DNA of 64,000 bases from an uncultured bacterium (GTDB lineage: Bacteria; Chlamydiota; Chlamydiia; Chlamydiales; CAZBXE01), in assembly GCA_964496125.1 (NCBI GenBank), contig CAZBXE010000001.1:102011-166010 (forward strand), read 5' to 3'. The position numbers and the translations under genes were made by a program. Under the pieces are notes generated by a model. It was not told the DNA's origin. It did not search any database and saw only the letters and a program-made list of their open reading frames with translations. Below, piece after piece: positions 25,886 through 35,098 of this stretch (the stretch's first letter is position 1; every line of letters begins with the position of its first letter).

Positions 25886-25896
25886 TTTTCCTTTCA

Positions 25897-25979
25897 GGGG
25901 GTGTCGCATAGCGGCCAATTGCTTCGGACTGTAAATCCGACGACTCCGGTCTACGCTGGTTCGAATCCAGCCGCCCCCA
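25897..25979 (+). tRNA. tRNA-Tyr (anticodon GTA), copy 2
   Basis: Identical in sequence to 13730-13812, including the 11-nt spacer. Confidence 0.9.
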
Positions 25980-25990
25980 GTTTTTTTGGA

Positions 25991-26683
25991 GTGAGATTGT
26001 TCGAAACGGCTCCGTTTCTTGTTCTTATCCTTCTAGTAGCGATACATCTTTTTGCTTGTAAAGCCGAACTCTTTGGTTGGCTCTGGCATGGAAGGTTTCT
26101 TTCGTTTGCCTCGGGGATCTCATTTGCTTATGTCTTTGTAGATCTATTGCCTGCTTTAGAAAAAAGGCAGCCCGTCCTTAAAGAAGCCTTCCATGGCGTA
26201 ATCCCTTATCTCGATTTACATGCGTATGTCATGGCTCTTTTTGGGGTTCTTTTTTATTACGGGCTGCATACGCAAACACCTTCCCTTAGAAATTTTTGGC
26301 TCTCCCTATCAGGTTATCTTCTTTTTAACTTTTTAGTAGGCGCAAGCTTGTCAGATGGGACAAGTCCTGATATTCAACCCCTCTACCTTTTTGCGATCGC
26401 CATGGGGATGCACTACTTTATTCATGACCATATGGCAAGTCTCAGTTACCCAAACCTCTATCAAGCAAAAGTGCGCTTTTATTTGATTGGAGCGCTTTTT
26501 GCTGGATACTTCATAGGGGGAGTGATCCATATCCCGGAAACTGTGGAAGCTATTTTAGTTTCGTTTGTTGCCGGAGGCATGATTTTAAATGCTCTTGGCT
26601 ACGAACTACCCAAACGAGAACAAATTGGTTACGCCTTTTTTGTTCTTGGTTCCCTTTCTTACACAGCTCTTCTTCTCAGATAA
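25991..26683 (+). CDS. Polytopic membrane protein, tentatively ZIP-like metal permease
   Basis: The track ORF begins inside tRNA-Tyr, so I moved the start to the in-frame GTG 25991. It has about 7 hydrophobic segments and His-rich HYFIHDH and IHIPETVEA motifs (weakly like HNxPEG). Confidence 0.4.
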   Translation: MRLFETAPFLVLILLVAIHLFACKAELFGWLWHGRFLSFASGISFAYVFVDLLPALEKRQPVLKEAFHGVIPYLDLHAYVMALFGVLFYYGLHTQTPSLRNFWLSLSGYLLFNFLVGASLSDGTSPDIQPLYLFAIAMGMHYFIHDHMASLSYPNLYQAKVRFYLIGALFAGYFIGGVIHIPETVEAILVSFVAGGMILNALGYELPKREQIGYAFFVLGSLSYTALLLR

Positions 26684-26860
26684 TGTTGGGAGTATGCCAA
26701 GGAGGCGTTCTCAGTAGATAGGTTTTTGCCATCTAACGGAGGCAATAGGTTGACCTTTCGACAGAGCTTCCACGGAAAAAATTAAGGCAATGCTCGGCAT
26801 CAGTGAATGATATTTCGCAAGGTGGCTTTCTAAAGCAGGAAATAAGTCTTCTTTTCTTAA

Positions 26861-27044
26861 TTGGAGCGCTTTTTGCTGGATATTTCTCATAGGGCGAGTG
26901 ATCCATGTCCCGGAAACTGTGGAAGCTATTTTAGTATCGTTTGTTGCCGGAGGCATGATTTTACATGCTCTTGGCAACGAACTACCCAAACGAGAACAAA
27001 TTGGTTACGCCTTTTTCGTTCTAGGTTCCCTTTCTTACACAGCT
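26861..27044 (+). pseudogene. Duplicated, frameshifted copy of the 3' end of the 25991-26683 gene
   Basis: Nearly identical by eye to 26487-26668, with a few substitutions and small indels (ATACTTCATAGGGGGAG vs ATATTTCTCATAGGGCGAG). Confidence 0.75.
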
Positions 27045-27046
27045 TG

Positions 27047-28129
27047 CTAGCGAAGAGATTTTGTAACATCAACGGGTCTGCTCGGAGTTGCCATAGCCAC
27101 TGGTTTAAACTTCGCTCCCTTTGAAAAGTTGAGCTGTTTTAGGTCAACTAGTCGCAAAGCTTGGTTGTCATAAGTTCTAAAATAGAGCTTTTTATTTGTA
27201 AGGTCTTTAATCACAAGCCATTGTGTGAAGTCTGCGTCATCGGGCTTATCTCCTAGCACAGGGCCGATAGGAATATCTACAGTGTTAAAAAGGTGCTCCG
27301 CTACATTCACAGCTTCGATAGCTGTTTTAGGGGTTTTTGCGCATTGTCTTATGTAAGCTAAACGTACAAAGCGCGAAGCGGGCATCCAATCTCCTGGCAA
27401 ACCAAGAAGGCCATTGCCATGGCCGTAGAACTGGAGCGTTTCTCCTTGAAAATCCACAGGCGCTCCGTTTGTAGACGGAACCAGTTTTGTGTAATTGCGA
27501 AGGTTGTCTCTATGCCAGGCAAAAGGAGGATAATTGGTTAACACTGCAATTGGGTTATCATAGACCTTCTGCTCTCCGTTAAGAAATTCAACGACAAGGC
27601 TTTTGCCTGTGACATCATGCATAGCAAAGTGAAGAGGAGGGACCATTCCCATTTGGGGCACACTTTTTGCCCACACAATAACCTGGGGTAGCGCTGCCTT
27701 CACTTCCTCTATTGTGGCAAAATTCCCAAGCACCCAGGCGCCAAAGAGCTCTAAGCTTAAGGCTTTATCTTCTTGTTCACTTGTCACTTGTTGATATTCA
27801 GTTGTGGGGAGCCAGAGCCCTCCAATAGATAGCCCTTTTTCATTCATTCCATCAGAGGGAGCGTTTATGCCCAAACAGTCTATCCCTACATAACCATACT
27901 TAGAAGTCCAACTAAGACCCTTTCGCCCGCCAGGTGCTTCGCTTTGGATCATTTCACCTCTTCCAGAGCCAAGGAGGGTAGAAAAGAGCGGTTTTGCAAA
28001 TTCCATTGATCTTGCATTGATCATACTTTTATCTAGAGCTTGGATCAACACGTCCCCACATCCAAAGAGGGCGGCAACAGGGGCGCACAGGGCTAATGTG
28101 GCTAAGACATACATACATCGAGACTGCAT
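27047..28129 (-). CDS. Ntn-hydrolase of the choloylglycine hydrolase / penicillin V acylase family, secreted
   Basis: A signal peptide ends at ...ALFG/C. The Cys is followed by GDVLIQALDKSMINARSMEF, like the family's N-terminal nucleophile block Cxxxxxxx(D/G)xxxxGRNMD(F/W). Confidence 0.6.
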   Translation of the reverse strand: MQSRCMYVLATLALCAPVAALFGCGDVLIQALDKSMINARSMEFAKPLFSTLLGSGRGEMIQSEAPGGRKGLSWTSKYGYVGIDCLGINAPSDGMNEKGLSIGGLWLPTTEYQQVTSEQEDKALSLELFGAWVLGNFATIEEVKAALPQVIVWAKSVPQMGMVPPLHFAMHDVTGKSLVVEFLNGEQKVYDNPIAVLTNYPPFAWHRDNLRNYTKLVPSTNGAPVDFQGETLQFYGHGNGLLGLPGDWMPASRFVRLAYIRQCAKTPKTAIEAVNVAEHLFNTVDIPIGPVLGDKPDDADFTQWLVIKDLTNKKLYFRTYDNQALRLVDLKQLNFSKGAKFKPVAMATPSRPVDVTKSLR

Positions 28130-28249
28130 AGGGTTACCTCACTTTTAGCATGATTGTCAAAAGAGAATCAATTATTTGCAAGGATCTTTTGTAGTTACAG
28201 AGTCAAAATTTTACTTGAATTTTTAAACTACGAGGCCTAGACTTATATT

Positions 28250-28945
28250 ATGACTGAGCTGTTTGTGATCTTATTTCCGATCCTAATAGCCGACATCATC
28301 AACCCTATTTTGTTTGCTGGGGTGGTGTATTGTTTGGGCTCTGAACGTCCCAATACGCACACGCTCCTTCTATTACTTGGATCTTTTGTCGTATACCTAA
28401 CAGTGGGGGTGATGCTCGGTTTAGGGTTTGAGTTTTTCCTAGATTGGTTCCGCATACCTCGGGCGTATGAATATGGAATTGAGTTTGTGGTAGTTCTCTT
28501 ACTGCTCTACGCGGCCTATCATCAATATCAGTCGAAAGGCACTGAACACGAGGAGGTTGTTAAGAAGGGTACCAAAATGACTAAATGGAGCTCTTTTGTT
28601 TTGGGGATCAAGCTAGACTTGATTGCTTTGCCTTTAGCAGCTCCCTATCTTGTCTGGATTGATCAACTGCTTAGAGCTGACATTAGCTATTTTACCATTT
28701 TTCTTTTTCTCTTGCTTTACAATATTTTATACCTTCTGCCCTTTGCAGCAATGATTCTGGTACGCCTTATTTATAAAGAGGAAAGCCGGAAGATGTTGCA
28801 GAACATAAACCGTTGGCTTTATGTGACAAGCGAAAAATACCTTCCTCTTTTGTATCTTATTTTGGCACTGATTCTTTTTGAGGATATCTTTAGCTATTTT
28901 GTTGGTTATCGTCCTTACTCGTACCTCTCCCTCATGCACCCTTAG
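28250..28945 (+). CDS. Polytopic membrane protein, unknown function
   Basis: 231 aa with about 6 hydrophobic helices. I recognise no diagnostic motif. Confidence 0.5.
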   Translation: MTELFVILFPILIADIINPILFAGVVYCLGSERPNTHTLLLLLGSFVVYLTVGVMLGLGFEFFLDWFRIPRAYEYGIEFVVVLLLLYAAYHQYQSKGTEHEEVVKKGTKMTKWSSFVLGIKLDLIALPLAAPYLVWIDQLLRADISYFTIFLFLLLYNILYLLPFAAMILVRLIYKEESRKMLQNINRWLYVTSEKYLPLLYLILALILFEDIFSYFVGYRPYSYLSLMHP

Positions 28946-28974
28946 CCTTGGGGTAGAGGGAAATCGATAGTCTG

Positions 28975-31095
28975 ATGTATAAGACAGGTATGGTCTTCAT
29001 TAGGTTTTTGCTTGCTAGTCTCTTGTTTTGGGCCCCCGGATTTGTGGGGGCCGCTGCTGCCCCACCTCCTAAAGTAGCAGAAGCTCCTGATCCGCTTAAG
29101 CTTAAAAGGGATTGGTGGGGTTATTTCGATGTTCCAATTGAGGAGCTGGCAGCAAGAAGCGAAAAGGCAACAAGAGCGCTCAAAAAACTAGCAGCAGGGC
29201 ATACGGAAACAGAGCATGCAGAGCTCGTGCAGCTAGTCGATCTTTTTTCTTTAAATATGAGACGCTTGCTCGAAGAGAAAAAAAATGAAGGAAACTTTCC
29301 TGATACGAAGCTGCAGCTTTTAAGCGAGTATTCTCCCGCAGAGCTTCTAAAAGTAAATCGAAACTACTTTAAAACCGACAGTGACCTGAAGGACCTAAAG
29401 AAAGAGATAGAAAGAGGGCTTTCTGCAAAAGCGCAGGTGCAAAGTAAGCAGGACCAACTTTTGATCGCGTATCCGAGTGTGCCTGAAGCAACTCTTGAAA
29501 AGCTCATTGCTGGTCTTAAGATCATGGTAAACCAAGCGGATATGCAGGCCCAAACTCTTCATCTTTCTTTTCTGCAAAAAAAACAGGAATTTCTTGAACA
29601 GGAGAGGTTGAGATTAAAGCAGGAGTTAACAATCGCAGAGGAAAGGCTGTCCGTACATGACGTCTCCCTTGCTACGCTTAGCCAGAAGATAAAGGAGCTA
29701 GAACAAAAGAAGGTAGATGCCACCGAAACGCTTGCTAAATTCCAAAAGCAAGTGACAGGAAAGAATGTAACCCAGCAGGAAAGCTTCTCTAACCAGGTCA
29801 AAGAAACCTCTCTCTTGATCGCAAGAGAACAAGCAAATGTGAATTTGCTTCTTGCCCAGGTTGAATGGCAGTTTGTAAACATAAAACAGGGAAGCGATAG
29901 GGGAGATATATTCTCTGCGCAAGACGCGCTTGCGGCAGCTAAAAGGCAGCTGACTGTTTCACAAGAAAGCGCTCTAAATTTGAGCATTTCTTTAGAGGAA
30001 CTACAGAATAAAATTCGTGCCGAGATTGTTCAGAAACTTGACGAAAACATGCCTGAGAAAGAGCAAGTTGTTCGTAGGCTCGGCTCGGAGATCGACCTAT
30101 CGGTGGCTAAGCTGTACGAGTTGAAGCTCAGCTTGCTCGATGCAGCTTTGTATGTCGATGTTCTAGAAGGCGCTTTGCTAAGGCAAAAGAAAGCCCCCGA
30201 GATGGCGCTTCTTCTACTCACTTCTTACTTGCAAAAGGTCGTAACCTTTTTTCAAGAGTTTGGTAATACAACGCTTTTTCGCATGCAAAATATGCCTGTG
30301 ACGGTTTGGAATCTGTTGAAAGGTGTTTTTATTTTAGCTTTGGCTTTTGCTCTTGCCAAAGCATGTAGCTACCTTCTCCGAGGGCGGTTGAAAGAGTCGG
30401 GTGCGCTTGCAAAAACGACAGAGTATATCCTCGATCGTTCCCTCTATTACACAATATTATCTCTCGGTCTTCTCTTTGCCCTTGCCACGATTGGGTTTGA
30501 CTTTACAAGCCTTGCTATTATTGCCGGTGCGTTAGGCGTCGGGATTGGCTTTGGTTTGCAATCGATTGTCAACAATATCTTTTCTGGTTTTGTCATCCTG
30601 ACGCAACGAAACATTAAAATTGGAGATATTGTGGAAGTAGAACCAGGTGTGGCTGGGCATGTCCATGAAATCAACTTGCAAAATACAACAGTGCGCACCT
30701 TTGATGGGATCTATCTCACTGTGCCAAACTCTAAGATTACAAGTCAGGGGATTAAAAACTGGACAAGGCGGGAGTGGATCAGGCGTTTTCGCATTCCTTT
30801 TGCCATTGCCTTAGAAGAAGACAAGGATCGGGTCCGTGGGCTTGTCATCGAAGCGGTTAAAAAACTTCCCTGCACGGTGAGTGGGCATGCCAAATTCCGG
30901 GATCCGCAAGTGTGGATGGTAGGCTTTGGAGAGAGCACTCTCAACTTAGAGCTTGTTGTGTGGACAGATCTTTCCGTTTCTTTGAAGGAAGGGACAGCAT
31001 CTTCTTCGTATTTTTGGGAAATAGAGCGAGTTCTTAAAGAGAACAAGATCAAGACAGTAACCTCTTGGCGTGGAAACCTAGAACTCAAAAGTTAG
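28975..31095 (+). CDS. Mechanosensitive ion channel (MscS family, MscK-like long form)
   Basis: Signal peptide, about 400 aa of coiled coil, TM helices, then the MscS core GVGIGFGLQSIVNNIFSGFVILTQRNIKIGDIVEV...LTVPNSKI. Confidence 0.8.
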   Translation: MYKTGMVFIRFLLASLLFWAPGFVGAAAAPPPKVAEAPDPLKLKRDWWGYFDVPIEELAARSEKATRALKKLAAGHTETEHAELVQLVDLFSLNMRRLLEEKKNEGNFPDTKLQLLSEYSPAELLKVNRNYFKTDSDLKDLKKEIERGLSAKAQVQSKQDQLLIAYPSVPEATLEKLIAGLKIMVNQADMQAQTLHLSFLQKKQEFLEQERLRLKQELTIAEERLSVHDVSLATLSQKIKELEQKKVDATETLAKFQKQVTGKNVTQQESFSNQVKETSLLIAREQANVNLLLAQVEWQFVNIKQGSDRGDIFSAQDALAAAKRQLTVSQESALNLSISLEELQNKIRAEIVQKLDENMPEKEQVVRRLGSEIDLSVAKLYELKLSLLDAALYVDVLEGALLRQKKAPEMALLLLTSYLQKVVTFFQEFGNTTLFRMQNMPVTVWNLLKGVFILALAFALAKACSYLLRGRLKESGALAKTTEYILDRSLYYTILSLGLLFALATIGFDFTSLAIIAGALGVGIGFGLQSIVNNIFSGFVILTQRNIKIGDIVEVEPGVAGHVHEINLQNTTVRTFDGIYLTVPNSKITSQGIKNWTRREWIRRFRIPFAIALEEDKDRVRGLVIEAVKKLPCTVSGHAKFRDPQVWMVGFGESTLNLELVVWTDLSVSLKEGTASSSYFWEIERVLKENKIKTVTSWRGNLELKS

Positions 31096-32097
31096 GCCGG
31101 TATGCAATCCGTGGAAACCAAACGATTGATCGTTTGCTGAAGTTGCCAAAGCAAAGGCTGCTCCCTCTACAGGGAATCTACGGATAGAGGGCATGTTGTG
31201 CCACTGCAGAAACTCATAACCAAGCGATGCAAGGAAGGTAAGATCGCAAATGCACACCTTAGCTTTAAAGCCCACATCTAAGTAGAGTCCCGGGGTGATG
31301 AAGTTTTGCCGGGCTGACAAAGTGAAGTTGGATTCTTGGGCTGATCCGAAATCAGAGATCTGTTGGTTACTTTCTGAGCTTTCTCCAAAGAGTAGGGAGA
31401 CGGATGCTTTAGAGTAGATCTGCAGAGAGCCGCAGAGATAAGAGGAAGCCTCGCTTCCGATCTTGAGTCCGATTCCTTTAAATTCTGAATGCCATTTTAG
31501 ACTCGAAGTAAGATTGCTTACAACATCGGAGGTAATCTCATCGTGGTGATTTTGCGTAAGCCTCATCCCTTCGACACCAAAGAAGGGACGGAAGGTGTTC
31601 CAATCGGTTGGTCTAAAGTCGTAGCGGAATAGGGCATCAAAGGATTCGTAGATATAACTTTGGTTAGATTGAATCGTATCCGCCGCGAAACTTAGCCCTC
31701 CGTGAAAGAGTGTGGGTAGGAGTGCATCATCAAGGAGAGAGGAAAGTGTGTTTCCTCTTTGGCCTGCGATGTAGGTAAAGCTTCCCAGGAAATCGGTTTT
31801 GAACCATACGCGATCAATGCCAAAGCCTGCTCTGATGCCAGGTTCGTAGTTATATCCAAGATACTGGTATCTACCCGTTCCGGTGACATTGTCTGTGATA
31901 AAGTTGGAATCGAAAAGGGCTGCGTAGTCGAGCTCTTTGCCACAAGGCATCCAATAGAGAAACTCTGCGGTGATGTTGTAGCCCCCATACCAGTCGCATT
32001 TAGTACCACAGTCACGTTCATAGCAGATCGCGTGACAGAGACTGGAGATGGCTAGTGAACTTGCAAGAATAAAACAGGTTAGGTGTGCACATTTCAT
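31078..32097 (-). CDS. Outer-membrane beta-barrel porin, MOMP-like / Legionella-OMP-like, Cys-rich N-terminus
   Basis: Signal peptide, 5 Cys in the first ~30 mature residues, AEFLYW block, alternating beta-strand pattern, C-terminal ...GLHTGLTFEF. Confidence 0.55.
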   Translation of the reverse strand: MKCAHLTCFILASSLAISSLCHAICYERDCGTKCDWYGGYNITAEFLYWMPCGKELDYAALFDSNFITDNVTGTGRYQYLGYNYEPGIRAGFGIDRVWFKTDFLGSFTYIAGQRGNTLSSLLDDALLPTLFHGGLSFAADTIQSNQSYIYESFDALFRYDFRPTDWNTFRPFFGVEGMRLTQNHHDEITSDVVSNLTSSLKWHSEFKGIGLKIGSEASSYLCGSLQIYSKASVSLLFGESSESNQQISDFGSAQESNFTLSARQNFITPGLYLDVGFKAKVCICDLTFLASLGYEFLQWHNMPSIRRFPVEGAAFALATSANDQSFGFHGLHTGLTFEF

Positions 32098-32124
32098 AAA
32101 AGCGAGCTATAGCACAGATGGAAA

Positions 32125-32550
32125 TTATTTGAGTATAGAAATTATTTGATCTCGAGGAATAACGGGCGCATCCTCGTTGATTCCCTCGCAACTGGCTGCA
32201 GTGTTTTGCCACGTTTGTTCCGATTCAAGATTTTGCGGCCAAAAGGGAAAGGTGCGGCATTGTTTGGGACGAATGGGATAGACAGAACACTTTTTTCCGT
32301 CTAAAAAAACGCAATCAAATAGAGGTCCTGGTTTTTCACGCAGAGAAAAGCGATCTTCGACTTGTCGGATATAAGATTTGACAAAATCTTCTAAAGAAAG
32401 ATTAAGGAAGTTTGCCATTTCGACAATTTCTTCTTCGGAGAGAAACACATATCCAGGGGCACCGGTGCAACACTTACCGCACCCTGTACATTTAAATTTA
32501 AGTCCCTCTTTAATCCAGTTCAAATTCCTCATCGATCTATATTGGCACAA
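32125..32550 (-). CDS. YkgJ-family cysteine-cluster protein (UPF0153)
   Basis: CTGCGKCCTG (CxxCxxCC) near the N-terminus plus downstream Cys residues; 141 aa. Confidence 0.65.
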   Translation of the reverse strand: MCQYRSMRNLNWIKEGLKFKCTGCGKCCTGAPGYVFLSEEEIVEMANFLNLSLEDFVKSYIRQVEDRFSLREKPGPLFDCVFLDGKKCSVYPIRPKQCRTFPFWPQNLESEQTWQNTAASCEGINEDAPVIPRDQIISILK

Positions 32551-32568
32551 TGTGGTAATGTTTGCAAC

Positions 32569-33066
32569 ATGAAGCAGCTTCTTATGTTGTTAACTTGTTT
32601 TTTTCTTTTCTGTTCTTCTCTCTTTGCTGAACAGGAAGCGCAAGCACCTGATTACTTTCGTCCTTTGACCCCTGAGGACAAGGAGAATATCAACTATATT
32701 GTTGATACTCTCTCTGATAAATCGGCAATCACTCTCCTGATTTATCAAAAAAATCTTGAAGAAACAGGGGGGAAAACAAGACCAATCCACCCCTTAAAGT
32801 TTCTATACTACGTCTTTACTGATCCGACTCTTCGAGCGGCCTCCCATAAGATTCGCCCTGTAGTTTGGCGTCGTTTCGTTCAAGGATTTGAACCTAGCTT
32901 TGAAGAAGAGGACAAGAGAAACAATTTAAAAATGGCAGCAATAGAAGATTTTTCGTCTGGGGTTCGCGTCAAAAAGGAAAAGATTCTTTCTTTGCTCAGA
33001 GCAAAGAAGTGGTCCGAATTTATGAATCTTGTCTTGGAAGAAACGAAGGAGGAAAGCTCCCCTTAG
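32569..33066 (+). CDS. Secreted hypothetical protein, paralog of 49475-49981
   Basis: Signal peptide MKQLLMLLTCFFLFCSSLFA. Shares the IHPLKFLYYVFTDPTL / VHPLRFLEAIFTDLST blocks and a similar length with the 49.5-kb gene. Confidence 0.55.
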   Translation: MKQLLMLLTCFFLFCSSLFAEQEAQAPDYFRPLTPEDKENINYIVDTLSDKSAITLLIYQKNLEETGGKTRPIHPLKFLYYVFTDPTLRAASHKIRPVVWRRFVQGFEPSFEEEDKRNNLKMAAIEDFSSGVRVKKEKILSLLRAKKWSEFMNLVLEETKEESSP

Positions 33067-33091
33067 AGAGAAGCCTTCCTCTTCTACTGGA

Positions 33092-33937
33092 CTACATGCG
33101 CCAGACAACGCCGATGTTCAAGATGTTGGCAGCAACATTTTTTGCTTGAGCTGTTACTTCATGATCTTGGTATCTAGGATTGCCAAGGCCTCTGTAACGG
33201 TATTCTGCAAAAATGCTCCAAGTTTTGCACCATGAGTAAGCAATACCCGCAATCCCTTGATAAGCAAATACTACTTTTTGGTCGCTGAATCTTGTTGACG
33301 AATGCTTGTTCATCCAAACAGTTGCACCACCAACACCGCCGCCTACATAGGGGGTAATGTTGCAGAATGCATTGTTCCAACCCCAGTAGCCGTTCACCAT
33401 ATAATGGAATATGTTTAGGCCACCGTCGTCTTTAAAATTGATCTCAAGATCATCGTCTCTAAAGTTTTTGAAGCTGTTTCTGTACCAAGCAAAATCAACT
33501 TCTGCTGCAAAGCCACCGCACCATTCATAACCAATCGAACCACCAGCGCCACCGCCTACATTATAGTCCAGTTTACCTGAACCGAAGGTAGGTAGGGAGC
33601 TGTTTGTTGGATCTTCTGATCCATTTGTTGTAATGGTTGTGTTTCTCATCCAGCTAAAGCCGCCGTAGGCAGACACATAGTAGTTGCCGCTTGGTGGGCA
33701 GCATGGAACGCAGCAAGGCGTGCAAGGATTGCAAGGCATAGCGCACGGTGCACATGGTGGTGGGCAGCATGGTTTTGCACATGGCTTAGGACATGGATTG
33801 CAAGGTGCACATGGGGCGCATGGCTTGCATGGGTCACACGGATTACAGGGGTTACAACCATTGTTGTATCCCGCTATAAGTGATGGGGAGGCAGCCAGTA
33901 AGCTCATTACGGCTGCTAAACGAAGTAGATTCTTCAT
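33092..33937 (-). CDS. Outer-membrane protein: (C-x-P)n cysteine/proline repeat region fused to a small OMP beta-barrel
   Basis: A signal peptide is followed by [53 protein letters not shown] (19 Cys, nt 33692-33856). Then comes a Gly/aromatic beta-strand domain ([26 protein letters not shown]). Confidence 0.65.
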   Translation of the reverse strand: MKNLLRLAAVMSLLAASPSLIAGYNNGCNPCNPCDPCKPCAPCAPCNPCPKPCAKPCCPPPCAPCAMPCNPCTPCCVPCCPPSGNYYVSAYGGFSWMRNTTITTNGSEDPTNSSLPTFGSGKLDYNVGGGAGGSIGYEWCGGFAAEVDFAWYRNSFKNFRDDDLEINFKDDGGLNIFHYMVNGYWGWNNAFCNITPYVGGGVGGATVWMNKHSSTRFSDQKVVFAYQGIAGIAYSWCKTWSIFAEYRYRGLGNPRYQDHEVTAQAKNVAANILNIGVVWRM

Positions 33938-34060
33938 TGAATACCCTCCTCAGGATTTACTACTTATAATTAAAAAAAGTCCTTAACTTTTTTTCTATAA
34001 GGCTTTCTCTCATTTTTCTGTAAGCATTATTTTTTTGAGGGGAGGGGTGTTTGATTCTAC

Positions 34061-35098
34061 CTATTTAATATTCAAAGACCTAAGACTAGAAAGTAGGCGG
34101 TTCTTATTTAGTTTTGCGATGTAGATGCTCTCGTCATTGCATCCATAAGCTAGATAAATGTAGGGAGGGTCTACAACGAATCCACCGGGGAATGTAACCA
34201 CTTTACCTGCTCTGTAAGAGGGTTTTTTATAAAAGCCTTTTCCTCCGAAGGGGTGTGGACTGACCGCTGTTAAGCGAAAAGGGGGTTGTGCTTCGAAGGT
34301 ATAGGCGCCGGTGAAGTAGTGGGGTACGGAGTGCATTTGTAGGTTAGAGATGCCGTAGCACATGGAATGAAAGAAGGCTAAATACTGGCCATCAACAAGA
34401 AGAGCTGTCGTTCCTCCTCTTAAGGGGAAAGGAGCGGTTTTGGAGTATAAATCCCATCTAATAGGGGCAGTTGTCTCAGCAATTTTGGGAGATAGGCCAT
34501 GATCAAGGGGTATTTGCAAAACTTTGTGAGGATTGATGCTATAGCTCATAAGAAGCTGGTTATGATAATCAAAGGGCACCCAGTTTTTTTCCTCTCTGTG
34601 CTCCCTGTGAGTTTCTAGATCGCGGAGCTGAAGGGGTTGACCTGCTTCCATTTGGCCATCTTTTTCGGTCAGTTTAGAGATGAAGATTTTTCGTCTGTAA
34701 TACTTTCCTTCAGCTCCTTGTTCTTTGCCTAAGTCATTAAAGACAATGTAGATTTCACCATTGACTTGCACAAGCCTTGGGTCTTCTGGGTTGTTTATAG
34801 GCGTATCTATAGAAGGGGGGATGTTAAGGTGGTGCCCTTCTCCTATTCGTTCAAAATTGCTACTCAGGAAAACAGTGCCTAACGTACTCACATACCGAGG
34901 GCCTTGGTTCCGATAGGCGAGTAAGTAACCCTCTTTGTAGGGCACAATGCTAGGATTGATGGCGTTCGCTCCTGGAATGGTGATCTTTTTTAACTCAAGA
35001 ACAAGTGGTTCGAAGTTTTGTATATTAATTCTTGATACTTTAGCTTCAAGGGACGCTAGGAAAATGATCCAGATAAAAAGATGAGCTACAAATCTCAT
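34061..35098 (-). CDS. Secreted hypothetical protein, possibly a beta-propeller glycosidase/phosphorylase-like fold
   Basis: Signal peptide. NPEDPRLV..NGEIYIVFND, EKNWVPF, RGGTTALLVDGQYLAFFH and GAYTFEAQPPF blocks recall GH130/DUF377-type proteins. The assignment is uncertain. Confidence 0.3.
   Translation of the reverse strand: MRFVAHLFIWIIFLASLEAKVSRINIQNFEPLVLELKKITIPGANAINPSIVPYKEGYLLAYRNQGPRYVSTLGTVFLSSNFERIGEGHHLNIPPSIDTPINNPEDPRLVQVNGEIYIVFNDLGKEQGAEGKYYRRKIFISKLTEKDGQMEAGQPLQLRDLETHREHREEKNWVPFDYHNQLLMSYSINPHKVLQIPLDHGLSPKIAETTAPIRWDLYSKTAPFPLRGGTTALLVDGQYLAFFHSMCYGISNLQMHSVPHYFTGAYTFEAQPPFRLTAVSPHPFGGKGFYKKPSYRAGKVVTFPGGFVVDPPYIYLAYGCNDESIYIAKLNKNRLLSSLRSLNIK

Noticed and set aside
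25901-25990. N-terminal 30 codons of track ORF 25901-26683
   Set aside because: This part is simply tRNA-Tyr copy 2 read as protein. I moved the CDS start to the in-frame GTG at 25991.
33692-33856. Short-period DNA repeats that could be mistaken for a CRISPR-like or satellite array (also the Pro-rich DNA at 24370-24610)
   Set aside because: The periodicity is 9 bp or irregular, there are no spacers, and both regions lie in frame inside long ORFs with sensible flanking domains. They are coding low-complexity repeats.
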